Source: Octopus sinensis (Eukaryota). From it: 64,000 nucleotides of DNA. Positions 38,405-50,619 of the stretch are shown here, piece after piece (the stretch's first letter is position 1; each line of letters opens with the position of its first letter). The position numbers and the translations under genes are program-made. Under the pieces are notes generated by a model. It searched no databases. It was not told where the DNA came from and was given only the letters and a program-made list of their open reading frames with translations. The DNA lies in contig NC_043008.1 of the NCBI RefSeq assembly GCF_006345805.1, forward strand, positions 4,402,001 through 4,466,000. The letters are read 5' to 3'.

Positions 38405-39210
38405 CACTTGATCCTTCGTTTACACAGTAAATTGGTTCTGTCTGTAAGTCACTGTGCAAATCAAATCATGTTAAGTGAAGGAGGCATCTTCTCATGACAT
38501 TATCAATAATAACAAAAGTGGTGAGCAGAGAGAATCATTTGAGCTTTGGCTTAAAATGCTTTGCTGTATTTGTTCTGACCTTTTATGTTGTGAGTTCAAT
38601 TCCTGCCATGGTCAACTTTGTGCTGGAGTACTACCTTTAGTCGAACAGGACTTATTCTTTGTAAGCCTAGGAGGTTTGATGTGCAAGAAGTTTGTAAGTT
38701 TGATATGCAGGAAAAATGGAAGCAGTCTTTGACTTTCAAGCCTATACTCTTCCAAAGAAAGGAATGAGGAAAGTGAACAGGTGGAGAGAGGAAGAAAAAC
38801 ACCCATACACAGGCCTCTGTTTGTGCCTGGATCCATTTTATGTTTATACTGCTCTAGGAATCCTTGTCCTTTGTGCTGTCTCAATACTATTCCACATAAC
38901 TTAGGGTTTTGAAAACAGTCACTTAATTGCATGATTCAATCTTTGGACACCTTAATTCCACCAACCATTTTCCCGCTCTTGATATAAAAGTTATCTTTGG
39001 CATTTTCTTCCAGTTCAGACCAGTTTCATCAGCATCGAAAATTTGCTTTAACGAATAGAAACCTGTTAATTGAGCTAATTTCAGCATGAATTACTACGCT
39101 GCTTTCTTATTGTTTGATCAGCTTTCAATTTGATATTATGTTGAAAGCTATGATTATTTTTAAAAGTCTGCTAGCCATTCCTTACTACATGAAGACCCAA
39201 GTTATTGTTG
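38405..39210 (-). mobile_element. Tigger/pogo remnant interrupted by a SINE
   Basis: Minus peptide KQIFDADETGLNWKKMPKITFISR at about 38975-39050; Tigger-like terminus ta|cacttgatccttcgtttacac at 38405; family A SINE at about 38515-38700. Linkage of the two parts is inferred. Confidence 0.65.
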
Positions 39211-39674
39211 ATTAGATGATTAAATGTTTTATTTGTAATGTTTGAGTTGATTAAAAATTCCTACTACTTTCTGGCTTTGGGTAATCTTCTATTTTGGAGG
39301 ATTTATCTCTTATCAAAGATAATAGCTTTTTTTTTTGTTTCCATAATATTACTATGTGTGTTTGTTTTTAAAACTTAATGAAGGTTTTACGAGTTTAAAC
39401 TTTTTTCTTCCTTTCCCTTAATTATTCTAATAGTTGTTATGTTTCTGTTAAACTGTTTCACAGTTTTGATCAAGTTTTTCTATTTTTTTGTGGTTGATTT
39501 AATATTCTAATATTCATTTCTAGAGAAATTAACTCTGAGGTTCATCTTCAGTTTGAGGAGAAGATTTTAACAAACACAAGAATAAATATAACCTAGGTAC
39601 AACTTGAGCATGCAATCTACCTCACTATCTTAGAAATAAAATGAAAATAAAATGAACAAATATAGGTACAAATA

Positions 39675-39980
39675 CGGGTGTGTGATAAGAAGGTCGTAAG
39701 GTCATGATTTCAATTCTCAATGGTGCCCTGTGTTATTGAGCAAAACACCTTATTTCACATTGCTCCAGTCCTCTCAGCAGGCAAAAATGAGTTGTACCTG
39801 TATTTCAAAGGATCAGTCTTGTCCCATTCTGTGTCATGCAGAATCTTCCCGAGAACTACATTATTAAGGGTTTGCATGTCAGTGGGGTACTCAGCCACTT
39901 GCACATTAATTTCATGAGCAGGATTTTCTGTCGATTCGATCAACTGGAACCCTCGGTGCTGTCACCAACAGAGTGCCAGT
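39675..39980 (+). mobile_element. tRNA-derived SINE with family D-type core
   Basis: ttgagcaaaacaccttatttcacattgctccagtcctctcagcaggcaaaaatgagttgtacctg core similar to 12385-12706; different 3' part. Confidence 0.7.
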
Positions 39981-40436
39981 TGCATGCAGCCCTAACTCAT
40001 ACATCGAATGTACACACAAGATATATATACCCACCTACATAAGTGTGTGTGTTTATATACATACACATATAATATTGTGTGTGTCTGCTACACATGCTCA
40101 TGCCTCCCAGAAGGCACCCGTGCCAGTGGCACATAAAGAAGCATCGAGCACACTCTGTAAAGTGGTTGGCTTTAGGAAGAACATCTAGCCATAGAATCTA
40201 TGTCAAAACAGACAACTGGGGTCTGGACAGCCTCTGTCAAACCATCCACCCATGGAAGACAGACATTAAATGATGATTTTATACACACACACAGATAGAC
40301 ACAGCCATGTGGTTTCAGATTCTATCCTACTGCTTGCCATCTTAGGCAATGATCTTCTGTTATAGCCTTGAGATGCCCAATGCCATGTGAGTAAAATTAG
40401 TAAACAGAAATTATATGGAACTTGCTTTACATACAG

Positions 40437-40477
<41 letters not shown>

Positions 40478-40759
40478 CTCTAGTTTCTACGTTCACATTG
40501 ATGCCATTTAGGCAGTGGTGCCTTTACTTTTACATCTCACATAAATGATATGCTCTGTAGCTCAGCTATTTCATAAATGTTGACATATGAAAACCAGCAG
40601 AATAAAAATACCACTTTCAAGAAACAGTTGATAGTCGGTGACAAGAAAGGCAGCCTACCATAGAATGCTGTCCACCTTATGCCAGCATGGCAGGAGAAAT
40701 CTGCAAGTAGTGGTGGATAAGGAGGTGGTAGCAATAGATAGCTACATTCATCCATCCAT

Positions 40760-40878
40760 CAGTCTATACATGCATGCATGTATACATCTATCCATACATA
40801 CATACCTACATACATACATACACACACACACACACATACATACATACATACATACATACATACATACATACATACATC

Positions 40879-40910
<32 letters not shown>

Positions 40911-40960
40911 TACATACATACATACATACATACATACATACATACATACATACATACATA
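40760..40960. repeat. (TACA)n/(CA)n compound microsatellite
   Basis: Directly visible; source of six overlapping artefactual ORFs. Confidence 0.97.
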
Positions 40961-42189
40961 CAATGGGCTTCTGTGCAGTTTATACCAACCAAATTTCATT
41001 TACAAGGCATTGATCAACCCACAGTTATAGTAGCAGACAGGCACCATGCAGTGAGATTGAAACCAAAACCCACCTAGTTGTGAAATGAACATCTTAACCA
41101 CAATACATATAGATATATTGGTACCATGGAAAAGCACCATTATACTCTGTAAACTGGTTGCAGTTAGGAAGGTTATCCAGCCATAGGAACTATGCCAAAA
41201 CCAACATTGGAGCATGATGCAGTCCTTGGACATGCTGGTTCCTGTCAAACAATCCAAGCCATGCTTTCAAGGAAGCTGGGCATTAAATGATGATGATGCT
41301 AATAGTGGTGTTCATGGTGGGTGGGTGGATGGATGGATGGATGACCAAATCAAACCTATATTTTAACTTATCATAGGAAGAACATATTTCTAAAGGAAGC
41401 TATCAAGTGATTCTGCCTTTGTGGTTTAAGGATCAACAGTTTATTAAACATATTTATAAACTTCTTTTCTAAAGTAAAAATATTAACTAATAGTAACAGA
41501 GAGTAGATTAGTTTTATTGTAGTCTCTAGTAGAAAAATACTATTACCAGAAGTTCTTTAACTTTTACCCAGTAATAATTTATAATTATAATAATTATATG
41601 AACTTAAAGCAGTGTTATTGTACTCACCATATTATATATTGGAATTTGTTCAGCAAGAGAAAAACCAATAACACTGTACCTCTACCAGTCTACACAACAA
41701 TCCTAAGATATTTTTATTTATGAGAGAAAAACTTCATTTTTATTAACGTAGATATTACTTTTGACAGTATTCAGTAATTAAATGATATACATTATCTAAT
41801 TATGATATCCTGAGTTGTTAATGTAATAAGATAACTCAACAGTGATTATTTTTCATCATAAATTTGTATGATTATCATTACCACAATTTTTTCTCTATGT
41901 GCTTGGTGTTACTAGTTTGATTTTCACCCTAATATTTCAAATTAGTAGACATATAACTAGATGTATATTATCTAATTATGATTTAAAGAGGTTTTAAATA
42001 CAATAGGTTAATATATGTATGATCAGTTTTATCATAAATTTTGGGGTATTTCGTGAAAGGGGTTGGTGTATGTCTTGCTGATTGTCAATATATTCAAAGA
42101 TAACTCTAAGTTCTGTGATTTCAGCAGAGTTAAACACTGTTGATTGTTTTTTTTTATGTTCTCCCCAACTACTTATGCTTTTAGTATTT

Positions 42190-42570
42190 ATGCATAGCCT
42201 TGTGGTTAGGGTGCTGGACTCATAATCATAAGATCACAAGTTCAATTTGCAGATCAGGCAGCACAATGTGTCTTTGAACAAGACATTTCACTTCACATTA
42301 CATGTGGTGCCACATCAAAGCATCCAGCACACTGTGTAGAATAGTTGGCATCAGGAAGAGCATCCAGTCATAGAATCAGACTGGGGTACAGTGCAGTCCC
42401 CCTTCTCACAGCTTGCCAGCTCTGGTCACACTGTCCAATCCATACCAGCTCTGGTCACACTGTCCAATCCATACCAGCTCTGGTCACACTGTCCAGTCCA
42501 TACCAGCTCTGGTCACACTGTCCAACCCATGCCAGCATGGTCAACAGACGTTAAATGATGATGATGATTA
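42190..42570 (+). mobile_element. tRNA-headed SINE with RTE-derived 3' tail
   Basis: Head agccttgtggttagggtgctggactc...aagttcaat; tail ccaacccatgccagcatgg...gacgttaaatgatgatgat matches the RTE 3' end. Confidence 0.7.
42416..42535. repeat. Tandem repeat, 4 x 29 bp (ccagctctggtcacactgtccaatccata)
   Basis: Directly visible with 1-2 substitutions in units 3 and 4. Confidence 0.95.
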
Positions 42571-42864
42571 TTCTAGTCTGTTTAGCTGAAAATGAGAACT
42601 CGCCAAATGCCAGTCCAGCTTTCTTTCCCACCAGTTGTCACATCTTCAATATTCTGTCGGGTCAAGAGGGAAAAAAGCCTAGACTGTATCTATGACTACA
42701 CAGGCACCTAATGCAATAGGTGAAAGCAAGGTACATACATGTTGCCAAGCCTTACTTGCTTCCAAACAACAGCTACGGTTTTAAGAGGGGGGGTATCTTG
42801 CTTCTTTCCTTTTTCCTGTTTCCTTATTTTTATTTTGTTCAATGTCATTAAAAATAACAACAGC

Positions 42865-43912
42865 TAATTTTCCTTTTGAAAGTAGATTCTGCTTAAATAA
42901 AGACTTACTACTTTATATTTAAGGATTTCATTAAGTTGAGTCAGTGAAGATGGTTGTTTTTCTTCTAGCGCTGCTGACTTGAGCCACTCAAGCTGCTTGC
43001 AGTAGATCTCCTTTGTTATAGTCTGGTTTGAGTTTAAAAGTTCAAAGTAGACTAAACCTATCATCCCCCCCACCCCACCCAAACAGATAGCAACTCCTTA
43101 TGTGGGTGTAGACCTTCTTTAGCTGGGAGGGGGGGCGGAGTTTCTCCCTTCCCTACCTTCTGTCTTCAGCACTTGATATTTTTATAGAGATGCCCATTTC
43201 TTGTCACCAGTCAGAATTCGGTTAAAATAAAGTTCATTTGTCAGACCTGACAGCAAAGAAGAGCCCACATTCACTCTCTGAGCACGATTAGACTTGGAAA
43301 GTTTGTGAGGGATCCATTGACCCAATTTGCCAACTTTTCCAGTGGCATGCAGGTGTCGATGAATGGTTGAATGAAGTAGCTTCTCTGCTTGTTCCTCAAC
43401 AGTTACAATGGGATTTTGTTCCACCAGAGTTTACAGGATGTCCTCATTGAGCTCCACAGATCTTCCAGGATGAGGCTCGTCTTCTAGGCTGTAGTTTCCA
43501 TCTCAGAATTTTTGGAACCACCGTTGGCACTGGCTTACACTTATTGTCTGATCCCCATATACTGCATTAATATTCCTCAAACTTTCCATTGCCTGCTGTC
43601 ACTTCCCTTCCGTGGCCACCACCATTGTCAGTTGGCATGGTCGATGCGGCTGTGGCAGCAGCAACAGCAGTTGTGAGCTCACAAATATATAACGAATATA
43701 ACTCAGAAAGCAAAATAAAGCTGAATATGCTCTTTTGTCACTTCCATTATAGCTTTGAAAAAATAACTCTTCAAAACTTGCACTAAGAATAAGCACAAGG
43801 TAAAATTACTACCTGCTTTTATAGATAGTTGATGCAGGTAGTTTATCGTGTCCCCCTTCAACCTTTCGTTTATGCAATTGAAATAGACCGCATTATTTAT
43901 GGGATGACCCAA
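42865..43912 (-). mobile_element. Decayed mariner (DD34D-type) transposon, 3' end deleted
   Basis: TIR-like TTGGGTCATCCCATAAATAATGCGG at 43888-43912; peptides MEVTKEHI, RNINAVYGD, GQWIPHKLS (WVPHEL motif), RILTGDKKW, GLHPHKELLSVW, GLVYFELL..NQTITKEIYCKQL. Confidence 0.92.
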
Positions 43913-44270
43913 AACATGGATTCAAACTCAGTTCCACCACATAGTATCTTTGAAAAGTATCTTTTGATATAGTCACTGGCCAGCCTTTGCCTCCTGAGTG
44001 AATCTGGTAGATAGAAATTGTGTAGAAGCCAATCATGTGTGTGTGTCTGTTTGTGTGTTTTGGTGTTTGTGCTTGTTACCTAAGCGTCTTCTTGACCACT
44101 TGGTGTGTTTTATGTCCCTCTAACTTAGTGGTTCAGCAAAAGACACCAATAGAATAAGTACCAAGCTTAACTGTGAAAACATATGTACTGGGATCACTAT
44201 GTCTAACTAAAAAATTTTGAGGCAGTGCCCCAGCATGGCCACAGCCCAATAACTGAAGCAAGTAAGAGAT
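43913..44270 (+). mobile_element. SINE family B
   Basis: Head, internal (GT)n and ggcagtgccccagcatggccacagc tail. Confidence 0.8.
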
Positions 44271-44956
44271 AAATATGTTTCTATTGTTAAACATTATTGC
44301 TAAGAAGCAACTAAACAAGTAAGAAATATTTTCTCTTCTTCAATGAAATAAAATGGATGAGTTAATCAAAATCACACTTCTGTCTTTGCTTCAAGGCTGC
44401 TAATTGCTATCTTAACTATTTTCATTATGAGTACAATGGTCATAGGAATACAATGAACCAAGCACACACACACACACGCACAACATTATGATTGCTGCTT
44501 AGAGAAAAGGGGGAAAAAACTGAAATGGAGAAGGATTTTATTGTAATCAGTTCAATATAATCATCATCATCATCATTTAATGTCTGTCTTCCTTGTTGGT
44601 ATGGATTGAAGTTTCCTAAAGTACAAATTTCTTTCAGTGTCCAAATGTGTATGTGTGTGTATGTGTGTGTGTGTGTGTGCGTGTGCATGTGTGTGTGTAT
44701 GTGTGTGTGTGTGTGCTCATCATCACCATCAATCTTTAACATCCATTTTCTGCTAGCATCAGTTGGATGGTGTGACCAGAGTTGGTAAGCTGTAGAGCTG
44801 CACCAGGTTGCAGTCTAATTTGGTGGGGTTTCTACCCTTCCTAATGCCAACTACTTTACAGTGTGTGCTAAATGCTTTTAATGTGGCATTGGCAAGTGTG
44901 TGTGTGTATACATTTAGATAGATAGACAGATATCGATATATTTATACATGTATATA

Positions 44957-45741
44957 TGATATGTCCCACATTATGACGATGTATTTCATTGTCTGCATGG
45001 CTGGCCCTTACGGCATATCTCACCAACTCACACCACTTGCTGTGTCTGTCCATTATCAGTAGTGGAACAGCCCACCTCTCACTTGGGGGTGTCCACCACA
45101 ACACATCCCACCTTTGAGATTTGTTTTTTTTCTTCTTTCACACATTATTTTTCTCTTCAGAAGGCCACAGGTAGTACTGGTCTACATTGCTTACCGGTAG
45201 CGCTACTAACACATAGCAACTTGACTTAAATCCTTCAAATTTTTCACCATGTGTAGTTCTTCCAGTTTGACACCCCTACAAGTGTTTGTAACTTTGTTAC
45301 CACGGTCATAATGACACTGTTATACAGTGGGTGGTATTCTCATTGCCACTGATATGTCCCACATTATGACAAAGTAATTCCTTGTCTGCATGACTTGTTC
45401 GTACGACACACCTCACTGACTGTATTTCTTTATTTGGCACATAGGCCATGATACAGATGGAGACGGCACAAGGTCAGACAGAACACCACAGTGGGGACAA
45501 AAAGCATAAAAGGAATGAATGAGAGATAAATAATAATTAATGAGGATGTAATGGCTGCTTGAACCCCACTCTCAAGCAGTAACTGTTTTAACAAAGCACA
45601 ATTCGACTTAGTCAACCAGAACCAAAAATGATTTAACACTAACAAAAATAACTCACAGACTGACACCACTTGCTGTGTCTGTCCACTATTTATCAGTAGT
45701 GGAACAGCCCACCTCTCACTTGGTGGGTATTTGCCACAACA
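44957..45741 (-). mobile_element. Miniature non-autonomous LTR retroelement (LTR-PBS-246 bp-PPT-LTR, 5-bp TSD ATATA)
   Basis: Direct repeats 45350-45741 and 44957-45103, both TG...CA on the minus strand; PBS TGGCAATGAGAAT at 45348-45336; PPT AAAGGTGGGA just before the 3' LTR; ATATA at 44952-44956 and 45742-45746. Confidence 0.85.
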
Positions 45742-46844
45742 ATATATATTGATGAATGGCTAACTGTTAAAGCCATGCATCAAACAACAATACCTTGTGC
45801 CATTTTGTTAGCTGTGTTATGTCTCTGATGTTGATGTAATTTGATAAATAGAGGGCGATAAAATAAATACTTCACAAGTACCAGGATTAATAGAACTGAT
45901 TAAAACTCTTTGAGGTGATGTCCCAGCAATGCCACAATCCAATGACTATTATCAGTGAAAGACAGAAAGATGATTTTATAAAATATCACACTATATTGTA
46001 TTATGTGTATTAAATGTAATATTTTTAGTAGATTCAAAATGTATTATTTTACTACAAAGAACCATCTATACATACCCAAACATGAGTTTTTTAATGAATA
46101 TATGCATGTGAATGTGTGTGAGCATAGGAGTGTGTATGTGATTGAGAATGTGTGTCTATATATGTGTGCATGTGAGTGTGTAAGTGTATGGATGTGCACA
46201 CATGATGTGCATCGACCGAATGGTTTCGAAATTTTTCTTTTTCTTTTTGCCATAGAATAGAAAGCTAACCTTTTGACAATGACTAACTGTTGGACCCCAG
46301 CAAACTAACCGTACTTTAACTTAATAATTAAATTCTCAATGTTCTGTAGAAAACACATAGCACCAGGAAACATCTAGCTATATCGAGACACAATAGTTCT
46401 AAAGATGTCTGTGGCTAAAAAGCGAAAGGAAAAAAATAGATATATTGTAAATTTTTAACTCTCATCTACGCACTCTTGTAGGGTGTTGAGCAAAAGTGAA
46501 TGATCATGAAAAAGTCTCTTTTACAAAAATGAAATAGAATTGGAATAAAATCCATTGTTTAACAAAATAGTCGTACTGAGATGCGTATCACTTCTTATTT
46601 TCTTGATAAGAGATTTTTTAAAAGAATTATCATCTTCTCCAACCCCAGCCCCCTGTGCTTCACCAGAGATTTTATTACACAATGTCACAATTTTCTAAAC
46701 ATAATAGTTAAAATTATGTCATAGCTCTGTATTATGTACATATTATATAATAGTAATAATTCAACATGAACATTATATATACACACACATGTATATGCGT
46801 GTGTGTGTGAAAATATGCATATATGTATGTATTGTATTTTATAA

Positions 46845-47145
46845 GCACAGGGATGGCTGTGTAGTTAAGAAGCTAGCTTTACAACCAAAGCCCCGAGTTG
46901 ACCGATGGGAGACAGAAACTGTGTGAAAGCCTCTCGTGTGTGTGTGTGTGTGTGTGTGTGCCTTTTGCTTTATATTTGGTTTTGTCCCACTGCAACTGCT
47001 TGGTGTCAGTTCATTCCCATTCCCTAACTTAGTGGTTTGACAAATGAGACTGATAGAATAATATTAAACTAAGTTCTGAGGTCGTTTTACAAACCCCTTC
47101 AATGCAGTGCACCAGCATGGCCACACATTAATTAAAGACACAAGT
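46845..47145 (+). mobile_element. SINE family B with internal deletion
   Basis: ggctgtgtagttaagaagctagctttacaacca head, (GT)n, gtgcaccagcatggccac tail. Confidence 0.75.
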
Positions 47146-47451
47146 AGAAGATGATATTATATATACATATTATGTCAACCATTATGAACATCTATAAAAG
47201 TGTCTTTGAAATGGCTAATAATTTTACAAGCTGTTTAAATCGAAAAACTCTTTTTCTGACTTGAATTAAAAAGCAGAAGCAACAACATTGGTGATTGAGG
47301 ATCAGGTCAACTCATTGGAAACATCAACAGCAATCTCCACCAATCTTACAATATTACTGACAAAATGAAGCAAAGGAAAAGAAAGCGAATAATTATTATT
47401 TCAAACTGATGATAATTTAGGTCTAAAACAAATACAGAAATTCTCCAAATA

Positions 47452-47668
47452 TTGGTTTCACTTTTTGGCAGAAGGCCGGCAGCTTCGGGTAGGGGATAAA
47501 GTGATTAAATCAACCTCAAAGCTCAACTGGTCCCTACTTTATTAACCCTGAAATGATGAAAGGCAAAGTTGACCTCGAAGGAATTTGAACTCAGAACATA
47601 GCAACAGGCGAAATGCCACTGAGCATTTTGCCCTGCATGCTAACGATTCTGCCTGCTCACCACCTTAA
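47452..47668 (-). mobile_element. SINE family A
   Basis: gatgaaaggcaaagttgacctcgaaggaatttgaactcagaac...ctaacgattctgcctgctcaccacctt is the reverse complement of the family A consensus. Confidence 0.85.
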
Positions 47669-48039
47669 ATTTATCCAGATAATAAGATCTTCAAATAGCT
47701 ATGACTAAAAACTTGTTAACAGCAGAAATCTATCATTTTGGATAGGTTGACAACACCAATGTTGCTCTTTCTATCCGAGTGTTCCTGTCTTCCATAATAT
47801 TTTTTTTCTCTTTGAAGTCCTTTTAGTAACTCAACATGTGATAGCTGATCAATATACATTTTTCTGGATTGTCCCACATAAGGATTCCCATCACTCAGGA
47901 TCCACAGAAGGAACTTACTAATTCATCTTTGTTTCGAAAGTAGTGACCAGCGTATCTTGTCCCCCTCAAATGATTGATGACATGTTAGAGATATTTCCAT
48001 AAAGCTCTTCTCTCACTGGATATTGTTTCCTTGAACAGC

Positions 48040-49195
48040 ACACAACATACATCCTCAGCAAAAGGCATTCTGCTTCCTCAAGTTTGTGAAAACAAATTTG
48101 GTTGTCATGGTGCAGTATGCTTTTCGAAGGCAATTCAACATTAATCCCCCCTCTCCTAAGAACATTCAATGGTGGTTTCAACCGTTTCAAGAGAGTGGGT
48201 ATCTGTGTAAAGGAAAAAGTCCAGGATGACCATGAGTTTCGGAGAAACATGTGGCGAGAATCTGTGCCGTGTTTGAGAGGAACCCATGGAAGTCCACAAA
48301 TCGAGCTAGCCATGAGCTTACAATCCCTCAATCCACGATCTGATGTGTGGTAAGAAGATGTCTACATTTGAAACCATACAGACTACGCTTCATTCAGGCA
48401 CTTACCAATAATTACAAGAGGAAGCAGATGGAATTTTGCAAATCGATGCTGGAGATGATGGAAGATGAAACCTTCATTTCACATTTAATTTTTAGTGATG
48501 AAGTGACTTTTCACTTGAGTGGCGCAGTCAATCGTCACAATGTGCATATTTGGGGAACAGAGAACCCACATAAAACAGTTGAGCATGAAAGAGAATAAGG
48601 TGAATATCGTCTGTGCTGTTTTTGGTCCTTTTTTCTTTGAAGGAAACCCCATTACAGGACAAACCTATCTTGATATGCTCCAAAACTGGATCTTCACTTC
48701 ACTGTAAGCAGATTTGCATGAATTTATTTTTCAACAAGATGGTGCACCGCTCCATTGGCACCTGATGATTTGAGCTTTTTTTAAATGGAAAAGTGTCCCA
48801 GTGATGAATCGGTCAGAAAGGGGCCCAAGACCTTGTTCTTTGTGCTTGGCCTGTGAGATCCCCAAACCTCACCATGTGTGATTTTTTCTTGTGGGGATAT
48901 GTAAAATATTGTGTTTATGTTCCACCGCTCCCGACTAACCTCTGTGAACTTAAACATCAAATAACAAAAGCAATCAACTCAGTGGATCATGATATGTTGA
49001 TACACATCTGGGAGGAATTCTCTTATCGCATAGATGCTGCCCATGCTGCAGGTGGTGGCCACATTGAACTCTTGTAAGACAGGAAGTAAAAATTGATTGT
49101 GAGTAAATACTTGTGACTTAGCTGGAGTTTTCTATTGCTTTTCCTTATTAAAATATCGTGTAATGTAATCGGTTCATTCTTTTTGAATAACTCTG
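48040..49195 (+). mobile_element. Decayed Tc1/mariner transposon of the rosa/DD41D-like group, right TIR intact
   Basis: QQKAFC, LIFSDEVTFHLSGAVNRHNVHIWGTENP, FQQDGAP, WPVRSPNLTMCDFFLWGYVK, GGGHIELL*; right TIR ...ggttcattctttttgaataactctg|ta. Confidence 0.93.
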
Positions 49196-49241
<46 letters not shown>

Positions 49242-49429
49242 GAGGACCTACTAATTTCTGTAACATGTAGAGTGTGGCTCAGGCAAGGCACTGCACACAT
49301 ATTGTATCAAGTATTTCAATAGAAAATACATTGCACAGAATCTAAACAAAGCATACTGAAGGTGCACAGAGATGCGCTGTGTTGTGCAGTGATAGTATGC
49401 AATAAAAATAAGATTACTTAATAATAATA

Positions 49430-49467
<38 letters not shown>

Positions 49468-49902
49468 ACCAAATACTCATGAACCAAATAAATAAAAAAA
49501 AACAAGCTCATGTAGACTAGGCATGTTTATCTTGCAACACACATTTCAAAAATATATCCTGTATGTGCAGATAGGAATGTGAATTGCAATATGCATGTAT
49601 GAGAAACATTTGCATACACATGGTTTTTGATATGCACACATGAAGGTGCACTGAAAGAAATGTGCATTCCTGTAAGATCATGTAAAAGTAAATTATTATC
49701 TTCTTTTTTTTCTTAGAAAATAATGTCTATAAATAAAATCTGTGGAAATTTTTTAAATCCTAATGTATTGCATTCTTCTGAATAAGATTAAAAGATATTA
49801 CGAATAAGAAATGGAAAAGAGAAGATAAAAGGAAATCCATTAGTAAATATCTCTTTAGAAACTTCACTGAATGTCTCTGATTTATTTGGAACAATGATGC
49901 CA

Positions 49903-49953
<51 letters not shown>

Positions 49954-50137
49954 CCTTCCCACTCTCCCCCTCTCCCCCCCCCTCTGCATCTCCCCCTCTC
50001 TATCTCACACACACACATATGGTCTAGTAATGCTGTAATAATTATGTTCAAATAAACATGCTTATACTTTTGAAGTTTGCATCCAACACACATATCATAT
50101 GTGCGTTTATGGGTATACATGCAAGGAGAGAGTGTGT

Positions 50138-50172
<35 letters not shown>

Positions 50173-50339
50173 TGACAGACAGACAGACAGACAGACAGAG
50201 TCAAAGACAAAGAGAAAAAGCATAGAAGACAATCTGCAACTACTTGCAACTACATAGGTACCTGAAACAATGAGTGAAAGTGTGGTACAAGGTCATACTG
50301 GTTTGTGAGAGAGACAGCTAAACCAGGTTCCATATATAT

Positions 50340-50371
<32 letters not shown>

Positions 50372-50424
50372 TTAATGTCCGCTTTCCATGCTAGCATGGG
50401 TTGGACGATTTGACTGAGGACTGG

Positions 50425-50462
<38 letters not shown>

Positions 50463-50619
50463 TAAGAATAAAGACAATAAAGAGAAAATAAAGAAACAAA
50501 CATGGTGTATTATGTTGATGCTCTGGAAAATTAGAAGAATTCTTTAACACTTCAAGCATACCGTTTGCCTATGGAAAGGACAGATGAGGAAAGAGAAAGA
50601 TAAACACGTCTGCTTTCTA

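Noticed and set aside
40638-41077. Overlapping His/Thr/Tyr/Ile and Cys/Met/Val/Tyr ORFs
   Set aside because: Artefacts of (TACA)n/(CA)n; the same applies near 2031, 29135, 33698, 53919 and 55279.
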